Part shown: positions 37,253-48,158 of the stretch, in pieces
How positions within the stretch are numbered: the stretch's first letter is position 1
How the letters are laid out: every line of letters begins with the position of its first letter
Assembly (NCBI GenBank): GCA_038882975.1
Contig: JAVZNE010000001.1
Coordinates: forward strand, 321,997-385,996
Direction of reading: 5' to 3'
Length of the DNA: 64,000 bases
DNA from: Candidatus Bathyarchaeia archaeon
GTDB lineage: Archaea > Thermoproteota > Bathyarchaeia > Bathyarchaeales > Bathycorpusculaceae
Position numbers and translations under genes: made by a program
The notes under the pieces: generated by a model
Database searches by the model: none
The model's input: only the letters and a program-made list of their open reading frames with translations
Told to the model about the DNA's origin: nothing

Positions 37253-38455
37253 ATGCCCGGCGAGTTAAGGGTTATGATGCTTACATGGGAGTTTCCGCCA
37301 AGAATTATCGGCGGAATTTCACCTCACGTTTATTACTTGTCAAGAAATCTTGCAAAAAACGGCGTGAAAGTCTACATTGTCACATGCGATTTTCCCGGCG
37401 CTCCCTCGCATGAAACATTGGACGGGGTTGAGGTTTACAGAGTTGACTCCTACAAGAACCCTTCGCCGGATTTTGCAAGCTGGGTTTATTTGATGAACAT
37501 GAACATGCAGAAGGAGGCAGCCTCCATTGTTAGGGAGTTGGGCGGAGTTGACATTTTCCACGCCCACGACTGGCTTGTAGCAAACGCTGGTATAGGCTTA
37601 AAACACGTTTTTAGGAGACCTCTTCTGGCTACGATTCACTCTACAGAGTATGGAAGACGAAACGGCATCCACACAGACTACGAGAGAATGATTCATGAAA
37701 CAGAGGCTTGGCTCACCTATGAGGCTTGGAGGGTTATATGCTGCAGCAACTATATGGTTTCCCATGTAAGATGGGTTTTTGGACTCCCACAAGACAAACT
37801 CATAATGATTCCAAACGGCGTAGACGCAAAGGAATACGAAAAAAGCGATACCGACTTAAGCCATTTTAGACGACAATTCGCCCTACCAGAAGAGAAAGTC
37901 GTGCTGTTTGTAGGACGGCTTGTTTACGAAAAAGGCATACACGTCCTAATTAACGCAGTGCCAAAAGTCTTGGAAAAAGTTAACGCAAAATTTGTCATAG
38001 TTGGAAACGGATATATGCACCAATCCCTATCAGAACACATCAAAAACATAGGGCTAGCGCACAAAGTCATGTTTACAGGCTTTGTGGATGATAGAACGCT
38101 GCGGAATTTACAAAAATGCGCTGATGTTTCAGTCGTCCCATCCCTTTTTGAGCCTTTTGGAATTGTTGCGCTTGAGGCGATGGCGGCTAAAAGCCCAGTT
38201 GTGGTTTCCGATACTGGCGGCTTATCGGAAGTAATTGAACACGAGGTGACTGGTGTTAAGGTTTATCCAAATAATCCGGACTCCTTGGCGTGGGGAATCA
38301 CAAGAGTTTTGCTGGATGAAAATTTAGCGATTAAATTGAGGGAAAATGCCTACCGAAAGGTTATTGAAAATTATAACTGGGAAAAGATAAGCCAACAAAC
38401 AAAGAAGGTTTATGAAAACGTTTTAAGCGAATACTCAAAGACTTTTTGGGCTTAG
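37253..38455 (+). CDS. GT4 glycosyltransferase
   Basis: WEFPPRIIGG, HAHDW, HSTE, EPFGIVALEAM. Confidence 0.9.
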   Translation: MPGELRVMMLTWEFPPRIIGGISPHVYYLSRNLAKNGVKVYIVTCDFPGAPSHETLDGVEVYRVDSYKNPSPDFASWVYLMNMNMQKEAASIVRELGGVDIFHAHDWLVANAGIGLKHVFRRPLLATIHSTEYGRRNGIHTDYERMIHETEAWLTYEAWRVICCSNYMVSHVRWVFGLPQDKLIMIPNGVDAKEYEKSDTDLSHFRRQFALPEEKVVLFVGRLVYEKGIHVLINAVPKVLEKVNAKFVIVGNGYMHQSLSEHIKNIGLAHKVMFTGFVDDRTLRNLQKCADVSVVPSLFEPFGIVALEAMAAKSPVVVSDTGGLSEVIEHEVTGVKVYPNNPDSLAWGITRVLLDENLAIKLRENAYRKVIENYNWEKISQQTKKVYENVLSEYSKTFWA

Positions 38456-38460
38456 CAGTG

Positions 38461-39399
38461 TTATGGGTACTTAAGCCGGATCGCTTTGTGCGGGCATAAG
38501 TCAGAACACTTTAAGCAATAAATGCATTCTGGGTGGCTGAACTTCTCCCATGGAAGTTCCAAAATTGGAACCATCATGGGACAAGCCTTGACGCACTCTC
38601 TACATTCACCTTTAACGCATTTCACAGGATCCCTTCGCAAACCAAGAAAGCTAAACTTGTTTAGAAAAGCCATTATCGCGCCGTGAGGGCACAAGTACCT
38701 GCACCATCCTCGCGGAACATAAGCCGCCAAAACAATAACACCAATAAGAATGAACAATTGAACCCAGAAAAGGGGAGGCAAATCCAAAACCCTTGATAGA
38801 ACATCTGAAGCAGACTTCTCCATAATCTCAATTGAAAAACTTTGAATGCCTCTTGGCATCGTGGAAAACAAGGTTTCAGCTGGACTTATGGCAGTGAATG
38901 GAGCATAGGCAAATATGCCAAATGCCCTTTCATAGTCCCTATGAGCACCAATAAGTTTAGCTGCCGAAAAGGTTAGGCTAATTAAAAGCACAATGCCCAA
39001 TACAAAGTACTTAATTAACGTCATGCTCTTATGAGTTTTAGGCGAAACCTCTGTTTTCTTCACTTTGACAAAGCCTATCAGGTCTTGAATAAAACCGAAA
39101 GGACAAACCCAACCGCAGAGTGATTTACCAATCAAAATGCCTACCAATAAAAAGGATGCCACTACCAGCCATGGGAAAACAACTGGTGACCGCCAACCGC
39201 TGAGCATTAACTGCAGTGCTGTGAAGGCATCTCCAACAGTATTTGGCTGGAAACCCCAAGTCCATAAAACTGGAAGCAGTAGAGGTAGTGAACCTAAATT
39301 AAAGACCATTGCACTGAAAAATATGAAGGACAGAAACTGAACCGTTCTGCGGAGTGTATTAAATTTAAGTAGACGCCGCTGAATATTCGCCTTCAACAT
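38461..39399 (-). CDS. NapH/MauN-type membrane 4Fe-4S protein
   Basis: CGWVCPFG, CRYLCPHG, two ferredoxin Cys clusters. Confidence 0.85.
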   Translation of the reverse strand: MLKANIQRRLLKFNTLRRTVQFLSFIFFSAMVFNLGSLPLLLPVLWTWGFQPNTVGDAFTALQLMLSGWRSPVVFPWLVVASFLLVGILIGKSLCGWVCPFGFIQDLIGFVKVKKTEVSPKTHKSMTLIKYFVLGIVLLISLTFSAAKLIGAHRDYERAFGIFAYAPFTAISPAETLFSTMPRGIQSFSIEIMEKSASDVLSRVLDLPPLFWVQLFILIGVIVLAAYVPRGWCRYLCPHGAIMAFLNKFSFLGLRRDPVKCVKGECRECVKACPMMVPILELPWEKFSHPECIYCLKCSDLCPHKAIRLKYP

Positions 39400-39443
39400 T
39401 TCAGCCCCGTTTTGAATGGAATAATTTTAGGGTTTAGGTTATT

Positions 39444-40802
39444 TTACTTTCCGATAACTTTAACGTTTTCCACAAGAACCCAAGGCGCAACAAGTGAACC
39501 GATTTTCCTCTCATTGTTTGCCAAATCCGCAATGTTTTTCAAGGCATCAAAAACGTTGCCAGCCAACATGACGCCCCTAACCGGATGGACAATTCTACCT
39601 CTCTCAATTTTCCATGCTGGAGTTGCCACAACAGAGAATTCTCCGCTTGCTGGGTTGCTGCTGTGCGCCCCTTGCAATGAGTAGACAAGAAGTCCCTCGT
39701 CAACCTCGCCTATAAGTTCCTCTGGAGATTTTTCACCAGCTTCAAAGTGGAAATTTGTTGCTCCAACATTGGGCGTTGACAAATAGCCAGCCCTAAAAGC
39801 GTTTCCAGTGCTCTCCCTCCCCTCAGTTTTGGCAGTATAGTTATCGTAGATAAAGCCATGCAACACACCCCTTTTTATTATTGGGGTTTTCTGTTGCGGG
39901 ACGCCCTCACCGTCAAACCTCCATGTACGAAGCCCGCCTTCAAGCAAGCCATCATCATATATCGTCACAACTTCAGAGGCGACTTTTTCGCCAATCTTAC
40001 CTTTAAGAACCGACCGGTTTCGCTGCACATAATCCGCCTTAACAGCATCCATCAAAGTGTAATAAAGAAGTTGCTGCAAGGCAAAATGGGCAAAAATAAC
40101 CTCCATATTTCTAGTCTCCACCCGTTTAGCCTTTAATGCCAAGGCTGCAAGACGTGCAGCTTCCCTGCCCACCCACTCGGGGTCTATTTTGTAACTCCTC
40201 TCTGCGTTAAACTCAAAACATACAGGCGTTATTTCACCGCTCTCGTGGGCTACTGTTGCCAAGCTACATTCAATAATTGTTCCACAATCGAAACCAGCCA
40301 CACCATTTGAGTTCACAATAGCCCGTGAAAGGTAAGAGGCCCCAACACCGCCCTCTATTGGAAAGACACGCTCATCAGTTTTTTCGGCAGCGTCTAACAT
40401 TAGGGAAGAAAGCTTAACCAAATCCTCTGGAGATAACCCGCAAATGGCACTGTCAAATGTGCCCTTCACATCAGCATAAGGTTTTTTCCGTGGGAAGCCC
40501 TGCCAATTCCTGTCCGGCTTACTCGCCTTTGCAAACTTCAAAGATTTCAGGATCACTTCTTCGATTGCCACTTTATTTCCAACAATGTTTGTGTAAGAAA
40601 AACCAACCGCCCTATTAACAATGGTTCTAACTCCGAGCCCTTGGTCAATTATCCGTGAACTTTTCGCTATTTGCCCTCTTTCAATGGAAACTGCTGTCGT
40701 TAAACCTTGATATGCAAAGGCTTCGGCCTCATCAGCCCCTTGTTTAAGCGCAAAATTCACAGCAGCTTCAGCTAAATTAACAGTTTCTTCTTCCCTAAGC
40801 AT
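39444..40802 (-). CDS. pmbA: TldE/PmbA family protein
   Basis: FDGEG, STGNA, SGEFS; no HExxxH. Confidence 0.85.
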   Translation of the reverse strand: MLREEETVNLAEAAVNFALKQGADEAEAFAYQGLTTAVSIERGQIAKSSRIIDQGLGVRTIVNRAVGFSYTNIVGNKVAIEEVILKSLKFAKASKPDRNWQGFPRKKPYADVKGTFDSAICGLSPEDLVKLSSLMLDAAEKTDERVFPIEGGVGASYLSRAIVNSNGVAGFDCGTIIECSLATVAHESGEITPVCFEFNAERSYKIDPEWVGREAARLAALALKAKRVETRNMEVIFAHFALQQLLYYTLMDAVKADYVQRNRSVLKGKIGEKVASEVVTIYDDGLLEGGLRTWRFDGEGVPQQKTPIIKRGVLHGFIYDNYTAKTEGRESTGNAFRAGYLSTPNVGATNFHFEAGEKSPEELIGEVDEGLLVYSLQGAHSSNPASGEFSVVATPAWKIERGRIVHPVRGVMLAGNVFDALKNIADLANNERKIGSLVAPWVLVENVKVIGK

Positions 40803-42180
40803 TGCCACCCACAAACACCTCTTTAACCCTTATATGGGGACCACCATGACAAACAAATGCTGTTTGACCCTTACCGCATCTTCCAGGCCAAAGTTCAAAG
40901 TCTTTTCCAACAGCATCTACCTTATATAACGTTTCAAGCGTGTTGCCGCTTATTGAGGCGTTTCGCACTGGTTCGCCGACCTCGCCCCTGACTATTTCAT
41001 AGCCTTCTTGAATCCCAACTTGAAAAGTACCGTCTAAGTTTGCTTGCCCTCCTCTGAAGCTTTTGAAATAGTATCCAAATTTTATGCCTTCAATAAGTTC
41101 TTCAAACGAATGGTCTTTTGGCGCCAGAAAAGTGTTACGCATCCGTATTATTGGTTCTACACGGAAATCCTCGGCTCTTGCATTGCCCGTGGGCTTAGCA
41201 TTAAATTTCTGTGCTGTTTCGCGGTTATGCATGAGACCAACAACAACGCCATCCTTGACCAAAGGTGTTTTTTGGGCTGGAACACCCTCATCATCATATT
41301 TGAAAGAACCGAAAGCTCCTTCAATGGTTCCATCATCATATATGGTGACAACCTCGGAAGCCGCTTTTTTACCAATTTTATCCATGAGAACAGAACCCGA
41401 CAAGGTTAAATCCGCCTCAGCTAAATGACCAAAAGCCTCGTGAACAAAAACACCGACAATATTTGGACCTAAAACTACCGGAAAAGTTCCGCCCTTTGGA
41501 GTTTTAGCCTTCAACTGTTCTATAGCCCTTTTTGCAGCTCTATCCCCAACAACCTCCGGAGCTTCTACATCAAAAACTTCATAACCACTTGTTGAACCAA
41601 TTTCTTCACGGCTAAATGTGAAAACTTCCCCCTCTTTTGCGGTAACTAGGACTCTTAACCAAACATAGAGTTTGTCCTGCTCAATATATACACCTTCATT
41701 ATTCATGAAAAAGCTCATCCCAACCGAATCCAAATAGTCCACCGTACAACTTTTAACACGTTTATCATATCCCAAGACCGTCTCAGAAATGGTTAAAGCT
41801 ATCCTTATCTTGTCTTCTATAGAAATTTTTGAAGGATCCTTTTTAGGCTTCGCTGAAACGCGGTCCTCAAAAGCTCTGCTTTCCACAAGCTTTATCGGAT
41901 TTTTAAGCTTCTGGCTCGCAGCTTTAGCCATCCTACAAGCTTCAGCGACAACATCCACCAAAGTTTCAGTGTCAAGCAGACATGTGGATGCAAAACCCCA
42001 TGCGCCATTGACAAGCACTCTTATAGCGGCACCATTTTCAATGCCTTCCTTGGCTGCTTCAACCCTCTCCTCTTTAATGGCAAGCATCGTCTTGAAAAGT
42101 TTCTGTACACGCATTTCAACATACTCGGCCCCGAACCTATCGACGGCAGCGTTAACAACTTTAGTTAAAGTGTCCCTCAA
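40795..42180 (-). CDS. tldD: TldD family metalloprotease
   Basis: [23 protein letters not shown]. Confidence 0.88.
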   Translation of the reverse strand: MRDTLTKVVNAAVDRFGAEYVEMRVQKLFKTMLAIKEERVEAAKEGIENGAAIRVLVNGAWGFASTCLLDTETLVDVVAEACRMAKAASQKLKNPIKLVESRAFEDRVSAKPKKDPSKISIEDKIRIALTISETVLGYDKRVKSCTVDYLDSVGMSFFMNNEGVYIEQDKLYVWLRVLVTAKEGEVFTFSREEIGSTSGYEVFDVEAPEVVGDRAAKRAIEQLKAKTPKGGTFPVVLGPNIVGVFVHEAFGHLAEADLTLSGSVLMDKIGKKAASEVVTIYDDGTIEGAFGSFKYDDEGVPAQKTPLVKDGVVVGLMHNRETAQKFNAKPTGNARAEDFRVEPIIRMRNTFLAPKDHSFEELIEGIKFGYYFKSFRGGQANLDGTFQVGIQEGYEIVRGEVGEPVRNASISGNTLETLYKVDAVGKDFELWPGRCGKGQTAFVCHGGPHIRVKEVFVGGNA

Positions 42181-42271
42181 TATCCCCCTTCCTAAAGTAA
42201 AGCCTTTAGGGGGATGTAATCAAGAAAACGACATTAATAAGAATTACCAATTAAACAATAACGATGAAACT

Positions 42272-42610
42272 TTATGCTTTACGCATGAGAAGCTTCACTT
42301 GACTTGCAAAGTCGCTTTCCCGCAACCTCTCCAATTCGATTCTTCGAAGCAGCCCATAGCTTGAATATATGTCCTCCAAAATCTTCCACTCAATAACATA
42401 GGCTCCAGACCTCAAAAAATCCTCAAGCCCCTTCGCAAACAAGTCAATCTTATCAGCAATCTCATCCCGCTTAACAGAATAATTACTCTCCAAATACCGA
42501 TAAATTAGGCGAGTAGCCTCATCCCCAAAAACCTGCCTCATAACACGATCAATTATCCTCGAAATTTTCTCACTTTCCCTACGGGTTTGCTGGTTTATAG
42601 TGCTCATCAT
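42272..42610 (-). CDS. Small helical protein resembling DUF3227/NitrOD5-like output domains
   Basis: VFG..A...IY.YLE and F..GL...L.SGA.VIE pattern. Confidence 0.55.
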   Translation of the reverse strand: MMSTINQQTRRESEKISRIIDRVMRQVFGDEATRLIYRYLESNYSVKRDEIADKIDLFAKGLEDFLRSGAYVIEWKILEDIYSSYGLLRRIELERLRESDFASQVKLLMRKA

Positions 42611-42703
42611 TGGAGGTCAAAAGTATCGTGTGTATTGCGACTTAATAAGTTTTGTCGTGTACACGTCCAACACATATACGCAACAAAAACGTCAGAAAGG
42701 CAG

Positions 42704-43993
42704 TCACATGAAGTCGGTAAGATTCAACTGTTGAACTTTTTCCGAAACATCTTTCGCAGCTGAAGCCTCATCCTCAAAAATTATTGGGCGACCATAAACT
42801 CCATCGTATCCTGGCACAACCTTAATTCGGTCTTCCCTAACCCTTAATATGGCTTCAGCAATCTTTGCATCCACAACAGATTCTAAAGCCTCCATCGATG
42901 CGTCAATGAGTACGAAGTATTCATTCCCGAACTTTTCAACCAGCTTGTTGTAGATGCTCCAAACCTGCTGTGTTGATGGCGAATCAACTTTTAGAACCGT
43001 TGCAATGATTTCAGAAAGGGGAAGCATATGCAGAAATCCTATAGCTTTTTCTGGCTTAAATCCGGCTGGACGGTCTGCAAGTTCTTCAACCCTTTGCTCG
43101 ACGCCTTTAGTCAGTTTTTTCCGACAAACTGGACAAATGTTGCCAAGCTTAATGGCCTCCCTCGGTGAAAGTGAAACGTTGCAGTTTCTATGTCCAGTCC
43201 AATGATACTTTCCATAAGCGGGGTCTGTCTCCACTGTGAATTTAAACCTTGCCTTGTCCTTGTTTTTGATGGCTTCGACTATTTCCCAATAGCTTGGGCT
43301 TTCTAACTCAAAAACGTTGGCTTCCCTTCCCATACGCCATGGCCAGAAGCTATGGCTGTCGCTGTTGGAAACTAAAGTGAACCTGTCGAGTTTGCTTAGA
43401 CGCCAGTTCATAGGCGGGTCTGAAGACAAGCCAGTTTCTATGGCGTGAATATACTTTGTCATGTCTTGGTAGCACTCTTCAACACTGTCGAAGCCACTGA
43501 AAGCCCCAAATATGCTGAACCACGGCGTCCAAGCATGAGCTGGAAAAACCATGTTATCTTTTGAAACTTCCATAACCTCTTCTACGAGTTGTGGGGCAGA
43601 CATGTCGAGGGTTGGCCTCCCATCAACCGATAAATCGCCATACTTTGCAAGACGCTCATTTATTTGGACAGCTATTTCCATGCTTGGCGTTAGTATAACA
43701 TGATGAATCTTCTTTACATCATTTTCAAAGGCGAATATTGTGCTGACCTCGGTTGTCAGCATAAAATAAACAGGGAGCTCTAGATTCTTGGCAACTCTAT
43801 ACAGACCAGTTCCAGCTTCCTCCACCAATGCTTCTTGTAGTTCCTTAAGCCATCTAGGATGGGTGAAATCTCCAGTGCCAACGAGGTTTAAGCCCTTAAT
43901 TTTTGCAAAACGGGCGATTTCCTCGATGTTCATTTTTTGACTTGCGGCGCGGCTATATCGCCCGTGAATATGGAGGTCGGCTATAACCCTCAT
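42704..43993 (-). CDS. Endonuclease Q family (PHP domain) with C-terminal PIP box
   Basis: DLHIH, GTGDFTHP, PAHAWTPW, SNSDSHS, GKYH, CPVC, PGYDGVYG, QLNLTDFM. Confidence 0.9.
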   Translation of the reverse strand: MRVIADLHIHGRYSRAASQKMNIEEIARFAKIKGLNLVGTGDFTHPRWLKELQEALVEEAGTGLYRVAKNLELPVYFMLTTEVSTIFAFENDVKKIHHVILTPSMEIAVQINERLAKYGDLSVDGRPTLDMSAPQLVEEVMEVSKDNMVFPAHAWTPWFSIFGAFSGFDSVEECYQDMTKYIHAIETGLSSDPPMNWRLSKLDRFTLVSNSDSHSFWPWRMGREANVFELESPSYWEIVEAIKNKDKARFKFTVETDPAYGKYHWTGHRNCNVSLSPREAIKLGNICPVCRKKLTKGVEQRVEELADRPAGFKPEKAIGFLHMLPLSEIIATVLKVDSPSTQQVWSIYNKLVEKFGNEYFVLIDASMEALESVVDAKIAEAILRVREDRIKVVPGYDGVYGRPIIFEDEASAAKDVSEKVQQLNLTDFM

Positions 43994-44083
43994 TCTTCTC
44001 GTTTAAACATCATAGTGCTTAATGCTTAAGTTATTTGCGGAAAATGGTTTATAGGTTGCCGTGGAACTTTGTATCCGATAATT

Positions 44084-45205
44084 ATGAAGATGGGCTTTAT
44101 TGTTAATCCGATTGCTGGCATGGGTGGAAGGGTTGGGCTTAAGGGAACCGATGGCGTCCTAGAGGAGGCTATTGCAAGAGGAGCTAAACCGTTATCTCCG
44201 AAAAGGGCCGTGGAGTTCCTCCAAGAACTTAAGGAAAGCACAAATGGAAACTTCATTAAGATAATAACGTGTCCAGGTGTTATGGGTGAAGATGAAGCGA
44301 AAGAAGCAAGCGTCGGCGTTGAACTCTTGCCCATGAAAATTGGAGCGAAGACAACGGCGGAAGACACAAAAAGAGCTGTGGAGCTTTTGGCCGACGCAAA
44401 AGTAGACCTAATAGTTTTTGTTGGTGGAGATGGCACGGCGAAGGACATCCTAGACGCTATGGAAAAAAAGCGTGTTGAACTGCCAGTTTTGGGAATCCCT
44501 TCCGGAGTGAAGATGTATAGCGGTGTTTTTGCCGTCAACCCGTCAGACGCCGTTGAGGTTGTTTTAGCCTATGCAAGAGGCGAAGCGGAAACAACAGAGT
44601 TTGAGGTGATGGATGCCGATGAAACCGCCATAAGAAGCGACACTTTCGCGGTTAGGCTTTACGGCTTTTTGAAGGGACCCTTCCTACCTATGAGGATTCA
44701 GAGAAGCAAACAGGTCAGCCCAGAAACGGTTGATGAAAAAGAGAACCAGATGGCAATAGCCAAATCAATAGTTGAGGAGATGCAGCCCAACGCCACCTAC
44801 ATCCTTGGACCAGGAACAACTGTGAAATGCATAGCCGAGCTGCTCGACGTTCCCAAAACAGTCTTGGGTGTTGACATATACAAAAATGGTAAAATCGTAT
44901 TGGACGTGGACGAGAAGAAGATTTTAGAAAGCATTGAAGACTGGCAGAACACATGGATAATCTTGTCGCCAATAGGGCGACAGGGCATCCTTCTAGGTAG
45001 AGGAAACCAGCAGATAAGCCCAGAAATCATAAAGCGTGTTGGAAAAAATAAGATAATTGTTGCGGCAACAAAAAGTAAGCTTCGCGATATAGAAGGCGGA
45101 GTTTTGAGAGTTGACACCGGAGACACGGAAACAGACAATATGCTTAGAGGGTACATCAAGGTAATTACGGATTATCGAGAATGGCGTCTCATGCCAGTGC
45201 AGTGA
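44084..45205 (+). CDS. ATP-NAD kinase family protein
   Basis: VNPIAGMGG, GGDGT, PSGVKMYS, GRGNQQ. Confidence 0.85.
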   Translation: MKMGFIVNPIAGMGGRVGLKGTDGVLEEAIARGAKPLSPKRAVEFLQELKESTNGNFIKIITCPGVMGEDEAKEASVGVELLPMKIGAKTTAEDTKRAVELLADAKVDLIVFVGGDGTAKDILDAMEKKRVELPVLGIPSGVKMYSGVFAVNPSDAVEVVLAYARGEAETTEFEVMDADETAIRSDTFAVRLYGFLKGPFLPMRIQRSKQVSPETVDEKENQMAIAKSIVEEMQPNATYILGPGTTVKCIAELLDVPKTVLGVDIYKNGKIVLDVDEKKILESIEDWQNTWIILSPIGRQGILLGRGNQQISPEIIKRVGKNKIIVAATKSKLRDIEGGVLRVDTGDTETDNMLRGYIKVITDYREWRLMPVQ

Positions 45206-45206
45206 A

Positions 45207-46445
45207 CTAGGCACCAAACTTTTTAACCTTACCAATAAAATTCATCAAGATTGGCATCAAGTCTTTCCCTCTAAGTCTTCCCAAACCGCCTTTTGCACAT
45301 GTCCTCTCGCTAAATTCTTCAACATCATCGCTGCGCACATACGGACCCATTATGGCCACTGGAACCGGGTCGCCTTCATGACTGCCTGTCACACATGATG
45401 TCGTGTGGTCAGCCGTCAAAGCCACATAAGTTTCGCCCAAATCAACCTTGTTTAGTACGTAAGAAAGCATTCTGTCAATTTTCTCGATAACCTCAACCTT
45501 CTGCTTAACATTTCCGTCATGGCTGGCAACATCTGGAGCCTTCACGTGCAACAGCACCAAATCATTCTCTTCTAACGCTTGAACAGCGGCTTTCGCCTTG
45601 GCAATGTAGTCTGTCTGCGGTGTTCCTGTGGCACCCTCAACTATCAGTAGTTGCATACCAGCAGCCCTACACACACCGCGAATCAGCGAGGTTGCAGCAA
45701 CACATACGGCCTTAACACCATAAATCTCGCTAAGCCGCCTAATTTTTGGCAGAGTGCCAGCCCCCCTGACTAAAATTGCATTTGCCGGTGGCAGTCCACG
45801 TGCAACCCTATCCCTATTTACTGGGTGCTCTTTTAGGGTTTCATGAAATCTCCCCATAAGCTCATTGAGGATTTTGGCTGTATGCCTTGCCTCAATATTA
45901 TCGTCTAATGGTTTAACTTCCAAAACTTTTTCTCCAGCAACGCCAGGGTCGGAGTCACTAACTGCTCGTGAAAGTTTTGAACCGCGCAGAACGAGAACCG
46001 CACGATGTTGAACAGTGTTGGCGAACAGAAATTTAACAGAAGAATCCGAAAGCTTGACTTTTTTGAGGCTTTCTGCAAGTTTAGAAGCGTCGGAGTTGGC
46101 TATCCTACCAGCCCTTCTATCCAAAACAACAAAGTTCTCATCCACCGTTGCAAAATTGCACCTGAAACAGATGTCTCCTTCCATGACATCTATTCCAGCC
46201 CCCAAAGCTTCGAAGGCACCCCTACCCGAATAAACTTCAAAGGCGTCATAACCCAAAAGCGCAAGTGTGGCAGTGTCGCTTCCTGGCGGAATACCAGGCG
46301 CTATTACGTCCATTATTCCGCAGATCCCAACACTTGCCACATGGTTCATCGAGGGCTTTCGGGCAGCCTCCAGCGGAGTTTTCCAACCCAACTCTTTTAG
46401 TGGTCTGTCAGCCATTCCATCCCCAATTATGAGGAGAACTTTCAA
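45207..46445 (-). CDS. apgM: 2,3-bisphosphoglycerate-independent phosphoglycerate mutase
   Basis: DGMAD, PGSD, D.ASHDG, TADH, HEGDPVP. Confidence 0.92.
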   Translation of the reverse strand: MKVLLIIGDGMADRPLKELGWKTPLEAARKPSMNHVASVGICGIMDVIAPGIPPGSDTATLALLGYDAFEVYSGRGAFEALGAGIDVMEGDICFRCNFATVDENFVVLDRRAGRIANSDASKLAESLKKVKLSDSSVKFLFANTVQHRAVLVLRGSKLSRAVSDSDPGVAGEKVLEVKPLDDNIEARHTAKILNELMGRFHETLKEHPVNRDRVARGLPPANAILVRGAGTLPKIRRLSEIYGVKAVCVAATSLIRGVCRAAGMQLLIVEGATGTPQTDYIAKAKAAVQALEENDLVLLHVKAPDVASHDGNVKQKVEVIEKIDRMLSYVLNKVDLGETYVALTADHTTSCVTGSHEGDPVPVAIMGPYVRSDDVEEFSERTCAKGGLGRLRGKDLMPILMNFIGKVKKFGA

Positions 46446-46533
46446 TCCTAACCAGCCTTCAAGTGCCTTAGTCTTAATGTTGTTCTGTATGGTTAAAACG
46501 CTTATTGTTAGTTTTCCGTTCCACAGAAGAAAC

Positions 46534-46645
46534 TTTTATATAATTTGATTGCAATTTAGGATGCGAGTGGTTGAAAATGGGCGATTACGTTCCACCTTGC
46601 TAAACTTCTCCAAAGAGCGCCCAGCATAAAAACCAACTCCCGCAC
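46534..46645 (+). promoter_or_regulatory. TATA box and structured proS leader containing uORF MGDYVPPC (46577-46603)
   Basis: TTTTATAT at 46534; stems TGCG/CGCA, TGGTT/AACCA, TGGGCG/CGCCCA. Confidence 0.45.
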
Positions 46646-46689
46646 TAGAATTATATTCAACAAACAACAAAGGCAGAGGAGATGATGAA

Positions 46690-48132
46690 ATGTCAGATTT
46701 GGGAATAACTGTCAAAAAGTCTGAGGACTTTTCTGAATGGTACACCCAAGTCGTGCTGAAATCTGGTCTAGCAGATTATGCGCCAATAAAGGGGTGCATG
46801 ATTTTCAGAGAGCTCTCATACGCCATATGGGAGAAAATCCAAGAAATCTTCAACGAGAAAATAAAAAGGACTGGACATAGAAACGTGTATTTCCCACTAT
46901 TCATACCAGAAAGCTTTCTAAAGAAGGAAGCAGAACACTTTGCGGGTTTTGTACCAGAGGTGGCATGGGTCACCATAGGCGGCGACACGCCTTTAGAAGA
47001 GAGACTTGCCATAAGACCAACATCTGAAACCATAATTTATGCAACATACGCCAAGTGGATTAGAAGCTGGAGAGACCTACCGATTAAGCTAAACCAGTGG
47101 TGTAGCGTTGTAAGGTGGGAGACAAAGGCAACCAAACTTTTCCTCAGGACAAGGGAGTTCCTATGGCAGGAGGGACACACGGCTCACGCAACAAAGGAAG
47201 AAGCAGACAGGGAAGTTATGGAAATCCTCAATGAGTACAAGGACTTGATGGAGAATTATTTGGCTATCCCCGTGCTGGTCGGCAAAAAAACTGAAAGCGA
47301 GAAGTTCGCCGGAGCTCTATATACCACAACATTGGAAGCTATGATGCCCGACGGCAAAGCATTACAAATGGGAACATCTCACAATCTTGGGCAAAACTTC
47401 TCAAAGGTTTTCGACATCAAATTCATAGGTGAAGACGAGAAGGAGCATTATGCTTGGCAAACTTCTTGGGGCATATCAACACGGGTTATAGGCGCATTGG
47501 TCATGGTTCACGGTGACGACAAGGGTCTTGTTCTGCCGCCAAAAATAGCCCCAATACAAGCGGTGATAATCCCCATACCTTACAAGGAAGCTGATACAAG
47601 CACAATACTTGCTAAAGCAAGAGAAATCCATGAAAAACTGCAAAAGGCAGGAATTTCAGTAGTCCTAGATGATAGAAAAGAGTATACACCGGGATGGAAG
47701 TTTAATGACTGGGAATTAAAAGGCGTGCCACTGCGAATTGAAATAGGACCGAGAGACGTGAAACAAGGACAAGTAACAATTGCCAGAAGAGACACCTTTG
47801 AAAAACAAGCCGTAAAAGAGGACAGACTCATTGAAGCAGTGCAGCAGCTTCTGGATGCAATTCAAAGCAGCCTATTCAACAAAGCCAAAGAATTCTTGGA
47901 AGAAATGATAACTCCAGTAAAAACTTACAACGAGTTCAAACGAGTCTTAAAGGAAAAGGGCGGATTCATAAAGGCTTCATGGTGCGGCAGCCAGGAATGC
48001 GAAGAAAAAATAAAGGAGGAGACGAGCGCAACTATTAGGCTTATTCCATTCGAAAGGGAAGAACCATTCTCCAACTGCGTATATTGTGGCAAAGAAGCGA
48101 AAGAGGTCGTTTACTTTGCCAAATCATATTAG
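46690..48132 (+). CDS. proS: Prolyl-tRNA synthetase (archaeal/eukaryotic type)
   Basis: RPTSET, FLRTREFLWQEGH, QTSWG.STR, C-terminal AKSY. Confidence 0.96.
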   Translation: MSDLGITVKKSEDFSEWYTQVVLKSGLADYAPIKGCMIFRELSYAIWEKIQEIFNEKIKRTGHRNVYFPLFIPESFLKKEAEHFAGFVPEVAWVTIGGDTPLEERLAIRPTSETIIYATYAKWIRSWRDLPIKLNQWCSVVRWETKATKLFLRTREFLWQEGHTAHATKEEADREVMEILNEYKDLMENYLAIPVLVGKKTESEKFAGALYTTTLEAMMPDGKALQMGTSHNLGQNFSKVFDIKFIGEDEKEHYAWQTSWGISTRVIGALVMVHGDDKGLVLPPKIAPIQAVIIPIPYKEADTSTILAKAREIHEKLQKAGISVVLDDRKEYTPGWKFNDWELKGVPLRIEIGPRDVKQGQVTIARRDTFEKQAVKEDRLIEAVQQLLDAIQSSLFNKAKEFLEEMITPVKTYNEFKRVLKEKGGFIKASWCGSQECEEKIKEETSATIRLIPFEREEPFSNCVYCGKEAKEVVYFAKSY

Positions 48133-48158
48133 CGTTAAGTCGCCACTTGCCGCTTTCT

